Shown in pieces: positions 11,621 through 24,377 of a stretch of 64,000 nucleotides of DNA. This DNA comes from Podarcis erhardii (lineage: Eukaryota). Numbering within the stretch: position 1 is the stretch's first letter; each line of letters begins with the position of its first letter. The stretch lies in assembly GCA_964252035.1 (NCBI GenBank), contig OZ176202.1. One strand, written 5' to 3'. The translations under genes were made by a program, and so were the position numbers. The notes under the pieces are model-generated. The model did no database searches, was not told where the DNA came from, and worked only from the letters and a program-made list of their open reading frames with translations.

Positions 11621-14600
11621 GAATCAATAAAAATACATAGCTAACAGGTTCTGCCCTCCCCAACAGAAGGCCTGCTGCCACTAACAAAAGTCCTGGCTGC
11701 TGTTTTTGTCTTCCAATATGCTTTGGGCCTGACAGGGTGCTTTGAGGCGGCTCCTACCAACTCCCAAAGAGAGAAAGTAGCCCTCACGGAGACCTTTTGT
11801 TTGAAAAGAACATGGAGGCCAGGCATCGCTCGCTGATTGACTTGCAGGTAGGGATGGAAGTTTCTCATTTTTCTAATCCTAAGTTTCCACATTTTCACAC
11901 CAGTTCATTGTTGTTGTTTTTCAGAAGGGGGAGGGGAGTTTTCATGGAAATTTATCAGCATTTGAGTACAAATTTCTCCTAAGACACATTTTTAAGAGCC
12001 ATTTCCCAATGCAATTCATTTTTTTATTATGCTTCCACTAACATATATATTTTAATGCACACTTTACCTCAGAATATGCATTTTTTGTAGACATCTCAGC
12101 TTGAGAGCTGCATTGCAAAATCCAGAGAACTGCACATTTTCAAAGATGACCATGTTTTTGTTTTGTTAGGGTGGTTCACTTTTAAATGAGAAATAAATAT
12201 ACAATACAAATCAGCACACATCTCACCTACCCCAAAGCCAGCAACATAAAATCAATATAAAGCTATCATAAGAATTTGCAAATGGAAAAGATATTTGGTG
12301 CAAGTCTTTTCAGAACAGCAAGAATGCACACCTGTCATAAGTTGAAAGGTTTGGGAAAGTGAAAGATGTCTTCACTGGCACCTAAAAATTCATAACATAA
12401 GTACCAGTCAAGTCTGTGAGGAAGCTATTCCAGAAATTACTCCAGTCATAATATGGTTTAATGCCAAACAAATTGTCGAAGAAACAAACCTGTATTATTT
12501 AATTAGTACAAGCAATATATTGTACATATCAAATATATAGAAGCTATAATTAGGGAAACAGTTCCATAAATAAAAGTAAAAGAATGTAGACAAAATATTA
12601 GGAAGAACTTGATGAAGTTTGAGCCATCAGTTGGTAGAACAGAAGGAAATGGACACCTTTTCACTGAAGCAGAGGCTGGCGGGAAGGTTGCATTCAGCTG
12701 TTTTACTCAGAGTAGATCCACTGAAATTAATGAACATGACCAAGTTAGGTCAATTAATTTCTATAAGTCTACTCTGGATAAAATTTAACTCCTGGATGGC
12801 AAACTTCAGTAGGGGCTGAGTAGTAATGGGCTTCCTGCATTGGGAGAGGGATGGTCTCAGGACCGTTGAGGTCCTTTTCAACTCTATAATTGTAAAGGTG
12901 GTGTCTCCCCTTCGCAGTAACTCTGGCACAGTCAGCTTGGTATTTACAGTATTTATTACATATGTACAAGAAACAGCTACAGTTCAGAATTATGTATCCA
13001 AACCCGTTGAGTCAGATTCAGGGAGTGGCTTCCTTCAATTCCCGCGCCAATAAAGTAGGCATCGGAATCACGCGAGACGTCTTTGATCCGTTTCATTTCC
13101 CTCCTTGTCTGTGCTGATGTGAAAGCAACCTCCCTTCCAGAGCCTCTGGGTGGTTGAAGGGCTCCACAGCATCCCCGAGCCCCTGCTCCGCCTCTTCTGT
13201 CACTTGCTCCTCCAGATTCTCCCTGACAATAATTCTACGTAAGGGCATTGTTAGAGAGGTGCCCATGCTCCTGGTCTTTTGGACTGGGCCCCATATCTCA
13301 TGTCCCATCATATATATAAATAATCTACAGACCTACACACTTGCAGAGCCGATGCATTTGTTATGCAGATTTGTTTCATAATCATCTTTTAAATACATAG
13401 GAATGTCCCTGATTATATGACTGGGCTGGTCCAGCAGTGGCCCTGGCAGTCAACAATCGACTAGATTAATGGTCTTCAACAGGTGAGCCAGGACTCACTA
13501 CTGAGTTGCAACATGACTTAAGGTGGGCCACAACAGCCCTAAAGACATGGTAAAAAAGAGAAGTGGGTGTCCCAATGCACATTTGGGTTAAAGGTGGTCC
13601 TGGGTCTGCAAAGGTTGAAGACAACTTTAAACTACAACAGCAACCCAATAGGTGTGCAGGTTACATTGCAGGACTTCTGCAGATCATATACAGGTCCATT
13701 GTACAACAGTTCCTGTCAAATTCACAACCGCAAAACTACACAAAGTAATAAAGTTAAGTTAAGTTAACATAAATAGTAAAGGAGGTACTTGGTGTCTTAA
13801 TTCATGATAAATCACCCAGGTGGTTTCATGTTAGCTTTTCTGGATCTATGCCTACGGAGAATGATGGTGTGTGCGAAGTGTGATGTCACTACTTTCCATA
13901 TATGTGTATGGTGATTAATCTTCATCAGGCATGCTTTTACAGAGCTCCCAGTGAAGCAATGCTCTCAACATTACATCAGTAATTTTTAATCCTGATTGTT
14001 TCAGTTGCCCTGGAGAACTCACAAAATTAAGCCGTTACAATGCTAGCCCAATCATGTACAGAATTTGTTAATTGCCATATACATACTGTTATTGCATGCA
14101 TGCATGCATGCATACATACATATATAACAAGTATGTGGCATGGAAATCAAGTAGCTGCACATTCACATTTATAATGTGCCCATGCATCTGACATTCACAA
14201 AAACACCCCAAATGAGCCTGCAGTATATATGTGTGTGTACATTAGCAATCTGTTTGGGAGGAAAGCACTCTGATGCATGCACAGAGCTCCCCAGCCAGAG
14301 TGCTGTTCTTTCGAGAGACCACTCTGCATGCGTCCCCATTCATTTCAGTCTAGGAACATCAGCAGACACAAATCAACGGGGATGTTATAGAGCAGTAAGA
14401 GGTGCACACTTAGATACACACGCATCAAACTCTAGATTGTGGTGCATGTGTTCAATTTGACATCAATATTTACAAGTTTCAAGGAACAAAGATGTTGCCT
14501 TTATTATTGCTTTCTAGTTACAGGCTCTTCTTGATATCTCTGGGTACAAAAACACTTGATATGTGTTTGTTGCAACTCACCCTGCTCTACAGAGCCAGGA

Positions 14601-16084
14601 TTTATCCAGCTCTCCTAGCTTCTATCTCTGTATTGAAGCTTTGTATTAGCCTATGAGCTAATACAGAAATATGGAATAGTATTTAGGTGAGGAAAAGTGG
14701 AGTGCTGCATCTCTCCCAACATTGAAATGCATGAATCCGCTCAAGGAAGGCAAAGGTTTCTCTCTCACACACACCTTCTCTCTTCTGCTAGCTTCCAGCA
14801 GTCTAGGATTTTTCTTTGCTGCCGGCTATAAACTTGTGTGGACTTTTATTTTATTAACAAGCCCACTGTCATCCAGGGTTTTGGTGTTTCAGCATACACA
14901 AACAGCCACAGTGTCTTTTGACCTCTTGCCTTCCCTCAACTTACCAGTTGTCTTGAAGCTGGGTGCTGAAAATATCCCATTTGTGAAAATTGCCTAATTG
15001 TGCAGTGTATTCTTCATCATGGCTTTTGAAGAAAAATTTAATGGCAGCTCCTTTAATGAACGTAAATGTTTCTACAGTCTGATTCTTATTGTACGCTGTG
15101 CATGTCATCACCAGATACACCTGTTTTTTCCTGTCAGCTTTTGATGGCTGGCACTGCACCAAAACAGCATTCTCTGAATGTGTCTGGGATCTTCTCATAA
15201 ACAGCGCTGAGAAATGAATGACCCCAAAACACCTGTGCCCTACATTTTTGACTCAGGCACTTCAACTTTTTAAAAATATACATACTTACAACAGTATGCT
15301 GGGACTCTTACTACTAAAGTGCCACTTTTGAGATTTGCAGTTCATAAAGAGGAAAGGGATCTGTTCTGTTTGAGAACCACATCTGAAATGGCAAACCTGA
15401 GTAGCAGGTACAGATGGGCAAATCGGTCGGTTCTGGTTTCTTATTTTTTCCCAATCTTCAGGTCCATTCTCTACATCCACATCAGTTTGAGAAAATATTT
15501 TTAATGTCCTCATGAAAATTCACTAGCATTTTAGTGTGACTTTCTCCCAGTGTACACATTTTTGTGAAACATTTCCACTAATATAATATATGTATGGGGT
15601 ATATGCCTTTTTGTATACATTAGGTGGCTGGAGAACTGCATTGCAAAATTCGGAGAAGTGTGAATTTTGAACAGTGGCTGTGTTTTTGTTCATGTATTAT
15701 TTTGGACAGTGAATTAGGTAAGTAAGCTCACCTTTGAATGTAAGATGCATCAAATTTCTCTTCTATTCCCAGTTACAACATTTTAACATGTACAAAGATG
15801 GTAGTAATTGATGCTTAGTTGTGCAAAATGCACAGAAACATCAAATTAACCTGTAATCAATTTCCATTGGAATTACAAGAATATTTAAGTTTGTTAGGAA
15901 GAGAACATGGCTTGGCACACACCTTGGCCTTTTCAGCCCTCCAAACTGGACTTTCAGGAGCATCACTAGGCATAACACATGAAGTTCCGTGTCCCGTTGT
16001 AGCAGGCACAGCAATCCTATAGTGGGGGAGCTACCACTGCTTTCAAAATGCTTCCAGCTTCTTTGAAGTCAGTGTGTATGTGTT

Positions 16085-16480
16085 GGCATGACTGCCATCA
16101 TCCAGGCCCAGTTCAAGGTGTTGATGTTGGTGTTTAAAGCCCTAAATGACCCATGCCCCAAATATCTGAAGGACTGCCTCCTTCCCTACAGAACCTCTCA
16201 GGTGCAGAGATCAGCAGGGGGTGCCTGTTGGTAGTTCTTGTCCCTCAGAGGCTCAGGGGGTACTGGCCTGAAGGAGGGCATTATCTGTGGCAGCCCCTAA
16301 TGCAGAACTCCCTGCCCATAGAGGTGTGTCTGGCACCTTCATTGTACAGCTTTCAAAGAATGCTTAGGACGCACCTCAGTCTTTATCCTGGCTTTTGAAA
16401 CATGGAAGTAGTTTATATAGTGTTTTAATGCTTTAACCTGCCCTGGGACCTTAGCGTGAAGTGTGGGTAATAAACAAACA
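16085..16480 (+). mobile_element. L2 LINE 3'-end fragment
   Basis: gcccagttcaaggtgttg..tttaaagccctaaatg..tatctgaaggactgcctcc..agggcattatctgtggcagcccct..tggcaccttcattgtacagcttt matches the L2 ORF2 C-terminal region. Confidence 0.75.
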
Positions 16481-18654
16481 TATTGCCAGTGGAGCAACAC
16501 CTAAGCCACCTCTCCTCAGCCTGGTTTCCAACAGCTTTTGGATTATGCCCTAAGCCTTAGGATGTATACCTGAAACAAGTGTGTATTTCCCCCCGCCCTT
16601 TGTCCCATCTCCATTTCCATCTCTTTCCCCTTCTTGTTTTCTATCCCTGTGTCACATTTTAGAATTTTATATTGTAAGGTCTTCTGGACAGGGGCTTTGT
16701 AAAGCACTGGGTGCATTGATATATAAACAAATGGACAACACCAACAAGAACTAGAACAAAAGCCCTGCTTCTCTCCCCCAACTCAATGTAAAACCATTTT
16801 CTAGTCTTTACCACTAGAAGTGGCACTGAATCCATGCTTTTAATGGAAGGTTCAGCTCTTAGAAAGAAACAACACATTATAAGGCAGGGTTTCACATTTT
16901 ATGTTATAATTGTGGGGAGTGATTCCTAGGGCTGCAAACACATGGCAGCACACTATCAGAGATGGACAACCACAGAACTTGCACATCAGCAATCAATCTG
17001 TTGAATCAGAGCTATTCAGGAATCCGGCTCCTGTTAACAGAATTGTACAAATGGTGAGGTGTGCAAATGAAGGAAAACCTGTTCACATATATACGTACAT
17101 TCTTGGTAGCCAGAAATGGTTCAAAGTCTATTCCAGGACCAGATTCTGTCTTGTAGTTCTATCTACAATTCTTGGCCCTCCAAAGTCAGTCAGAACTAAT
17201 ATAGAGATTCAGTCAAGCTACAACCCCCCCCCCCCCGCAACACACACACAAATCCTTGTTTGTGGGTCAGAGTTGGTTTTCTCTGCCTAATACCAGCAGC
17301 GAGCAGTCTTGATGTGGTCCATTTCTGAGAGATATAATGATACCACCAAACCAGCAGGACTGGATGCACATAATGAAATGTGACAATGTGCTCATTTGTG
17401 AAGAGTATAAGAGAGCCCGGGTAGTTAGAGCAACATTTGCATAATCACATTAACTTTCAGGACCCAACAATGGCTTCCATTGTCGAAAGCCACAGCTGTC
17501 CATGCTGATCCGACACGAAATTGAGTTGTGCTGTCACAGAGCAAGCATCTTCACAGCCATTCAGAATCCAAATGTGGAAATCAGAGGGCGGGAGAAAGTA
17601 TGACAGCTCAAGGGAGCTTTGCTCTCCAGGAACACCTATTTCCTGCTTTGATTACTCTTATCTAATTGCCATCACTTTTAAGACTACAGCGTGCGTGAGT
17701 GGGAACACACACACTAATCATAAAATTGCTTGTTAAAATGTTTCAATGAATTAAGTATCAACTATATTAAGATTGCTTGAGGTGCATTTACTTTTGGCTC
17801 TGAAGTGGTACTGAGAGGAACATTCCAAACAAATATTCTGTACATCACATATCCTACTGACATAATTGCTACTTTTAAAAATACTTAAAGGGAGAAGGTT
17901 AGGTCATGCGCATCTTAATTGTCTTTCCCCTCTTTCCACTTCGAAAGAGATAACTTATAAGTTATTTGGCAGGTAGCAGTTGAAAGGAAGAAATATTTAC
18001 TTATAGGAAAATGGAAAGCCATCAAAACTTGGGTAAAATTTACACTTGTGGCTATGAAGAAAGAAACCAACTAATCCCTAAAGAATACAGTCTGGCAGAA
18101 GCAATCTTACATATATCACAAAAAAATTAAAATATTTTTCAGATCTTTGCTTAGTCCCAGAAAGTGTTTAAGGCTTAGCTCCCTGCACTAGAGACTCTTA
18201 GTTACATTCCTTGTTGCAATAATATGACTTCTATTTTGCATAAAGAAATACAGCCTATAATTATATTTCTTCTTTTGAAGAAATACATGTAAGCAACCAG
18301 GTAAAATAGCAATTTTTTTTGATAGACCAATTCAAGTTATTGAAATGTGCAAGTTTGAAAGTTACCCAAAATTGTTCATGTAGGTGTGCAAGCTGTTATA
18401 TTACAATCTGTTTCATCAACAGACGTTTGCCCAGTAGAATGCAGTTTCTTGCCAAAAATATATACTACTCTTTAGTGCTAAGACACCACCTGATTTCTTA
18501 AACCAGCTTTGAAAGCATGCGTAGCACTTTATTGAAGAATAAACTCGCAACAAACTAAAGCCTCATTGAGATTCAGATGTAATTTTGAAGTTTCGCTAGC
18601 TGTACTCATAGAAGTATTATGATGTAGCACGTAGACTGGAAAACAAAGTGCTAT

Positions 18655-18785
18655 CCATATCTCCCTGGAAAGAGCATTCCACAGATGGGGGCCACCAGTG
18701 AAAAGGCCTGTACTCATGCAACCACCCTCCACGCATCTCACCTTGCATGGGACACATGGAGAAGGGTCTCTGAGGAAGACCACCA
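18655..18785 (-). mobile_element. L2 LINE fragment
   Basis: ggaaagagcattccacagatgggggccaccagtgaaaaggcc is the reverse complement of the L2 RAFSVVAP.LWN motif. Confidence 0.6.
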
Positions 18786-19813
18786 GTGTCTGGCCTGCTC
18801 CAACACAGATGTGTGCACTCTTCAGTCCATTATCTTAATGTAGGGCTAGAGATTATACTCGGGTGAAGTTGTATTAATTGTATTGATCCTCAGTTGCATC
18901 ATTTATTTTTCCTGTAACCAACTAGCCAAAATATACAGCTCTAGTGGCAGCTTCCAGTTTCAAATATGAAATCTAACAATGCGATGAAAATTATAAAATG
19001 CATTATATGCACCAAAAGAAACCAAAATAGTAGATCAAACAGCAAAAGTCTCATATGAGGCACACGTGCAAAATTCTGTGGAACCTGAGAAGGAATCCCA
19101 GTGCTTTAATATTCTGTTTCCAACCAGTAGTGGGTAAATCATGCAAGAGTATTTATTTAAGAAACATTGTGTTTATCCTGCTTCCTAATGATGGTTCCAA
19201 CCCAATCTGTCTTTCCTGTCATTTTTTGCAAAGTGCTGAGTTGGCTGCCCTACACGGAAAAGTTTTTGCTTCTCTTTGGAGAATGGACAGGGAGATGCCA
19301 TCTGCTGGCAGCCGCTCAAAAAATGTTTGTTTTGATTATTCAAAAATGTATGGCTAATTGAAAAAGGCTTTTGGAGGGAGCAGGAATGATTCTTGAAATG
19401 TGTTTTTCCAGTTCAATATGGTAATTCCTCTGCAGTGCAGGGAAGGACTTAGCCAGGCTGTGTTTTCAATGTTTGTGCATACTGTACATTCACTACATAC
19501 ACTGTCCATTCAATGTATGTGATGCCTTTGTGGGACACACCTGCAAATCCAAGTTGAAAGACAAAGTGCAATACAATAGTAGGTGTACTTGAAATTGGGG
19601 AGGGAAGTATCAATGACTCATATGACATACTTACTGGTGGGGGGAGAGAGAGGTTACAGGATTTTTTTTGAAAAATATATATAGAAAATCAAGAAACTAT
19701 TACCGGACACGGAGGAATAATTTAAAATTGCTGTACAATTAAGGCTATGCCTAGTCTGACCCTAAAATACATTCATAAAAAGGATGCCTTTATTGCTTGC
19801 TTAATTGCACTTA

Positions 19814-20167
19814 GGTAAAGGTAAAGGGACCCCTGACCATTGGGTCCAGTCGTGGCCGACTCTGGGGTTGTGGCGCTCATCTCGCTTTATTGGCCGAGGG
19901 AGCCGGCATACAGCTTCCGGGTCATATGGCCAGCATGACTAAGCCGCTTCTGGCGAACCAGAGCAGCGCACAGAAATGCCGTTTACCTTCCCGCTGGAGC
20001 GGTACCTATTTATCTACTTGCACTTTGACATGCTTTTGAACTGCTAGGTTGGCAGGAGCAGGAACTGAGCAACAGGAGCTCACCCCGTTGTGGTGATTCG
20101 AACCGCCGACCTTCTGATCGGCAAGTCCTAGGCTCTGTGGTTTAACCCACAGCGCCACCCGTGTCCC
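19814..20167 (-). mobile_element. Full-length Sauria SINE (Squam1) with 13-bp target-site duplication
   Basis: Minus strand begins gggacacgggtggcgctgtgggttaaacc..ggttcgaatc (tRNA head) and ends gggtccctttacctttacc. TSD ttaattgcactta at 19801-19813 and 20168-20180. Confidence 0.95.
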
Positions 20168-20180
20168 TTAATTGCACTTA

Positions 20181-20380
20181 AATCCCACCTTTTTATCCAA
20201 GGAATTCAAGGTGGTGTGCAGGGGTCTCTCCCTCCTCATTTAAACCTCACAGCAACCTTGTGAGGTAGTTTAGGCTGAGAGGCAATGACTGGCCCAGGGT
20301 CACTCAGTGAGCTTTGTGACTGAAGTGGTGTCCCAGGTCTTACTCCAACACCACACTAGGGAGGAGAGATCATTTCCTCA
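20181..20380 (-). mobile_element. Degenerate Squam3/MIR-like CORE SINE
   Basis: cctcacagcaaccttgtgaggtag..aggctgagag..tgactggcccagggtcactcagtgagctt is the reverse complement of the CORE domain. Confidence 0.75.
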
Positions 20381-22888
20381 CGCTTGTATTCCTGTCCACA
20401 TGCCATTCCTTATAAGGTGGCTAAAAGCAAATGTATTTAAAATACAATACTGTACTTAAAAAAAAAAGTATTCAAGGGCAGCTCTTTGAACCTTAGCCCT
20501 TCTCCATCACAATGGAACATGGTGTGATTCCCCTAATTCAAAAGACAAGGACCGCAGAAACTGACTGCAGCTCTCTTGCCCTTTTATAAAGCTTTACCCA
20601 GAGCCTTCCCCCGCTTGCACTCTGCCAGTGATCATGACTTCAAGTAGCAGGTGGGCCCTTTTATTTCCACATTAACAAGCAAAGAGCAAGGCATAAATTC
20701 TCGGGTTCTTTGTGAGAGCTGCTCTGCCAACCACACTATGTTGGGCATCCCTGGTCCTGTGGAGCGATCCATCTCTTCACATTAGCATACATGAGCAAAA
20801 ACAATAGCTCCCTGGTAGAACGGGTGCACCACACTCCTCCTGGGTGGAAATTAATTTATTTGAATTGGATGCCTGGCCCCTCTGTGCACTGTTGCCCCAT
20901 CTAGAGAAGCTGGCTGCCTCCCCTCTCCTTGCCTTCCTTTCACCCCCAAAGATGCAAAATTCTCACTGTGTGCTTTCTGCCACAGAGAGGCTTCCATCTT
21001 AGAGCTAGGCACAGTGGCTCTTGCCCACCTGCCCTGTGCTGCTTTGCTGTGCTGTCTGGCATAGCAACACACGCCTAACCTTGATCCCTTGAGAGGTGAA
21101 GCGGAAGTTGGTCTTCACTATTAAACATTTTTATAGATAGCAAAGTCCACGCTTCCACCTGCATCCAAAGCAGCTGGCAGAACAAAGCGGCTGAGCAAAA
21201 GGGCTGACCAGAATGTGTCTGTCTGCAAATTGCCGGCATCCAGGTGCAGCCTTGTTTTTATCATCTCACTTGAGGGAGCCCCTCCTGGTTGTCAATGTTT
21301 TACTGAGTCTCATTAACCCTTCCTTATCCAAAAGAGGTTGCTAAGGATGTGTTTTCATTTCTATAGTCACACAAAGAATAAACATAATGCTCCAGTCTTC
21401 CTTGGCTAAAGTACAGCTAATAGGAGCAACATTCATTTTCAAGACCCTCTGCTTGTTTAAGCAAAACTTTGGCAGTTGGTTGGTTGGTTTTTAGTGATTG
21501 TTTGTCAGTTATTTACACTGCCTGTTACAGTAAGTGTCACACTTCTTTTTTTTTAACTCAGTAAGTGCCACACTTTTAATGGGGGGGGGGGAGGTGCCAG
21601 TACGACGTACCTTTGAATATCCCCAGAAAAAAACCCTAGTTATTTACATGTTGTTGATATTTTAACAAATCTATAGTTGTTGTTTTTTAAAATGAATTTG
21701 TACGTGCAATTGTTTTAATAGTTTTATATATATGCAACAATTTTATTATACATGTCTTTATTATGTTGTAAATTGCTTTGGGATGCCTCATGGGAAGTGA
21801 ACTAACAAAGGAACTGGAGGAGGAGGAGGAAGCTATAAACAGTCCAACAGTGGGTGGGAGGAACAGGAAGAGGAGGAGAGGGTATAATAGTACTGGTTGT
21901 TGCTGTTCACGCCATACGTCTACCTCCAACTCAATGATTCTTTCACTTCATAGCCTTTTTGTGAGCTTCTGGAGACTTTGGCTTGACCATAGCTGCAAAC
22001 AGGATGATGAACTGGATGGACCTCAGGGTGATCCAGCAAGGCAATTCTTTTTACAATCTCTCAAAAAACCTGCCTCTCCTTTCTAACATTTTCAGAGTGT
22101 TGTCCTTTCTCTAAACCTTTCCTTCTCCTCCCTCCAGTCTTCACATGGCAGGCTTCCTAAATTTTTTATTTGTTTCTCATAGCTTTCCTTGGAATCTTTT
22201 CTAGACAGTGATTATCTTCCTAGAAATCTTGCATGTCATCAAATGTGTCAAATGCTATTACTCATTTGAAACAGTAATATTCCATCTGTGCTCCATTTCA
22301 TTATATGGCCATCGTTAACATCAACTAGGGTGCAGCCTCACAACCTGAATCAACTGAATTCGTAGGAAGTGGTGTATAAGTGCAGTGGAAAAGAAGCCGC
22401 ACTGCTGAAGTGACACACCTACTGGATATGCCCACAGAAAGCTCCACAGGCACAAATATCCTGCTGATGGAAGTGTCCCACCAATGGTGAGGGTATGCCA
22501 GTGGCAGCTGAGGATTTCAAACCCTCTCATTCCCTGGCACTCTCCCAAAAGAAGCTTCAACTATGCCAGCCCCTGAGTTGGCATATTTAATTATGGGAAG
22601 GGGTGACAGCATGAAGGGGAGGTAAGGAAAAGCCACCTCTTCCCCTGGCCTCAGCAAGCCAGCAGGGCTTAGGAAAGGGCAGTAGATTTGTTTGCACACA
22701 ACACACACATCCATATTATTGGTCTTCCCGTCACTTTTATAAAAATAAAACACCAGCCAAAATGACAGTCAGCAATTTAATAGATGTAGTTTGGCACACA
22801 CACTGAGAATTAAACAAAAGATGTCAATCAGATACTGCCAATTGTTGGTGCTGTGGAGTGGATAAAGTGCAAATTGTGATTTTTTCAG

Positions 22889-23055
22889 GAATCATAGAAT
22901 TGTAGAGTTGGAAGGAAACCAACAGGTTACCTCGTGCAACCCCCTGCAATGCAAAAACGACAGCTAGAGGAGCTCTGACAAATGGCCATCCACCATCTGT
23001 TTTAAAACCTCAAATGAAGGAGAGTCCACTGTATTCCAAAGAGGTCCATTCCACT
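22889..23055 (-). mobile_element. CR1 LINE 3'-end fragment
   Basis: aatcatagaattgtagagttggaagg..aaccccctgcaatgca..aaaacctcaaatgaaggagagtccac. Confidence 0.7.
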
Positions 23056-24377
23056 ATTACATTAACATTTTGAAAACTGGTAACATCCATCAAGACGTTG
23101 AAAGTGTTAGTGATTCCTGGAATAAGAGTACATGTGGAGACATTAGAGATTCTACTGCACCATTTAAAATACATTAGAAATAAAAATAAACACATTTTAA
23201 TTTCTGATTTTTTTTACTTTTTAAGAGCAGTAGGAATAGAGAAAATCTGGAGATGTAAACACTTAAAACTATATTAATGAATTAACAAATCTTGGCCTTT
23301 TAAGGAACAATTGGAGTTACTCTACTGGCCTATTTAAAAATATTCTTAATTGGTATCAGATTTACCAGCTTAGTTGGGCAGAATCTATTTAAATATAATG
23401 CTTCTTTTATCTGAACTAAATTATGACTTCAAATATGCAAGCAAGTATTCCTATATATTGATAATTAATACAATAAAATGAAAAGTCAGCAGTCAGGAAA
23501 AGGCTCATGCCAGTATGTTGCTGCCAAATGATTACCTCATGGCCTGGCCTAGTTTTCCAAGATCACTAATTCAGCCATAGCAGCCTGGTCAGCTTCTTCT
23601 TCCGAAAGCCAGTTGCCCAACTTGATAGTGTTTCTGCTTGACAGAAATAAGGAAGGACAGCATTGTTACAGTGGGAGGCAGGAGCCTGACTCCAGCCTTA
23701 AAAGACTTGATCTGCCTCCTGTGAGCCATATTCTATATGCTGAATTATTTGAAAGGAATTAATTGAGTGGTAATCCCTGTAGATGCCAGCAATGGAAACA
23801 TCCCTGCTGGGATGCACAAACTCTCTCTGCCTGTGAGTTGGAATGAGACATGCACAGTGCCATCCTTCCCCCAAAACTGTTGCACTCCACATATGTATTG
23901 GCCTACAGCTTGTGCCATGACTGGGGCTGATGGGAGTTGTAGTCCAAAAGATCGGCTGGGTGTACCAGCACATGGTGCCTCTGCTCCTTACATTCCCAGC
24001 TCCAGTCCTCTACATCCCACCCACCCCCATATGTTGTTTTCTTCCTGCTTATCCTGAGACACACTGGTATTTTAATTCTTTTCTTAAAGAGTGGAATGAA
24101 ATTGTGACTATGGGATGTTTTTAAAACATAAGGGTGTGTCAGACTAACTGTGACATGATTGCAAGTCATAGTAGTACACAAACTTTGATGATCTTGGGCC
24201 CAGGTCACATATCATACCCTCCAACACTTCGACAGCAAAATCCAGACACAATCTTCCATAGTGCCATTGTCCTGTTTTTTCTCATGAGAGAATGGCAGCC
24301 ATTTTCCCTCCCCCAAAAGCACTTTTTCGGGCTCATGTTTTGGAGCACCGTGCAAGATCATGGCCCTGGAAAAAGCA

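Noticed and set aside
13093-13311. 72-aa acidic ORF (…EEQVTEEAEQGLGDAVEPF…) as a gene or viral fragment
   Set aside because: No recognisable family, no supporting splice partners, and short enough to be chance.
19814-20167. tRNA-like A/B boxes as a tRNA gene (also at 1980-2050 and 11414-11450)
   Set aside because: These are SINE heads continuing into SINE bodies and tails, with no complete cloverleaf.
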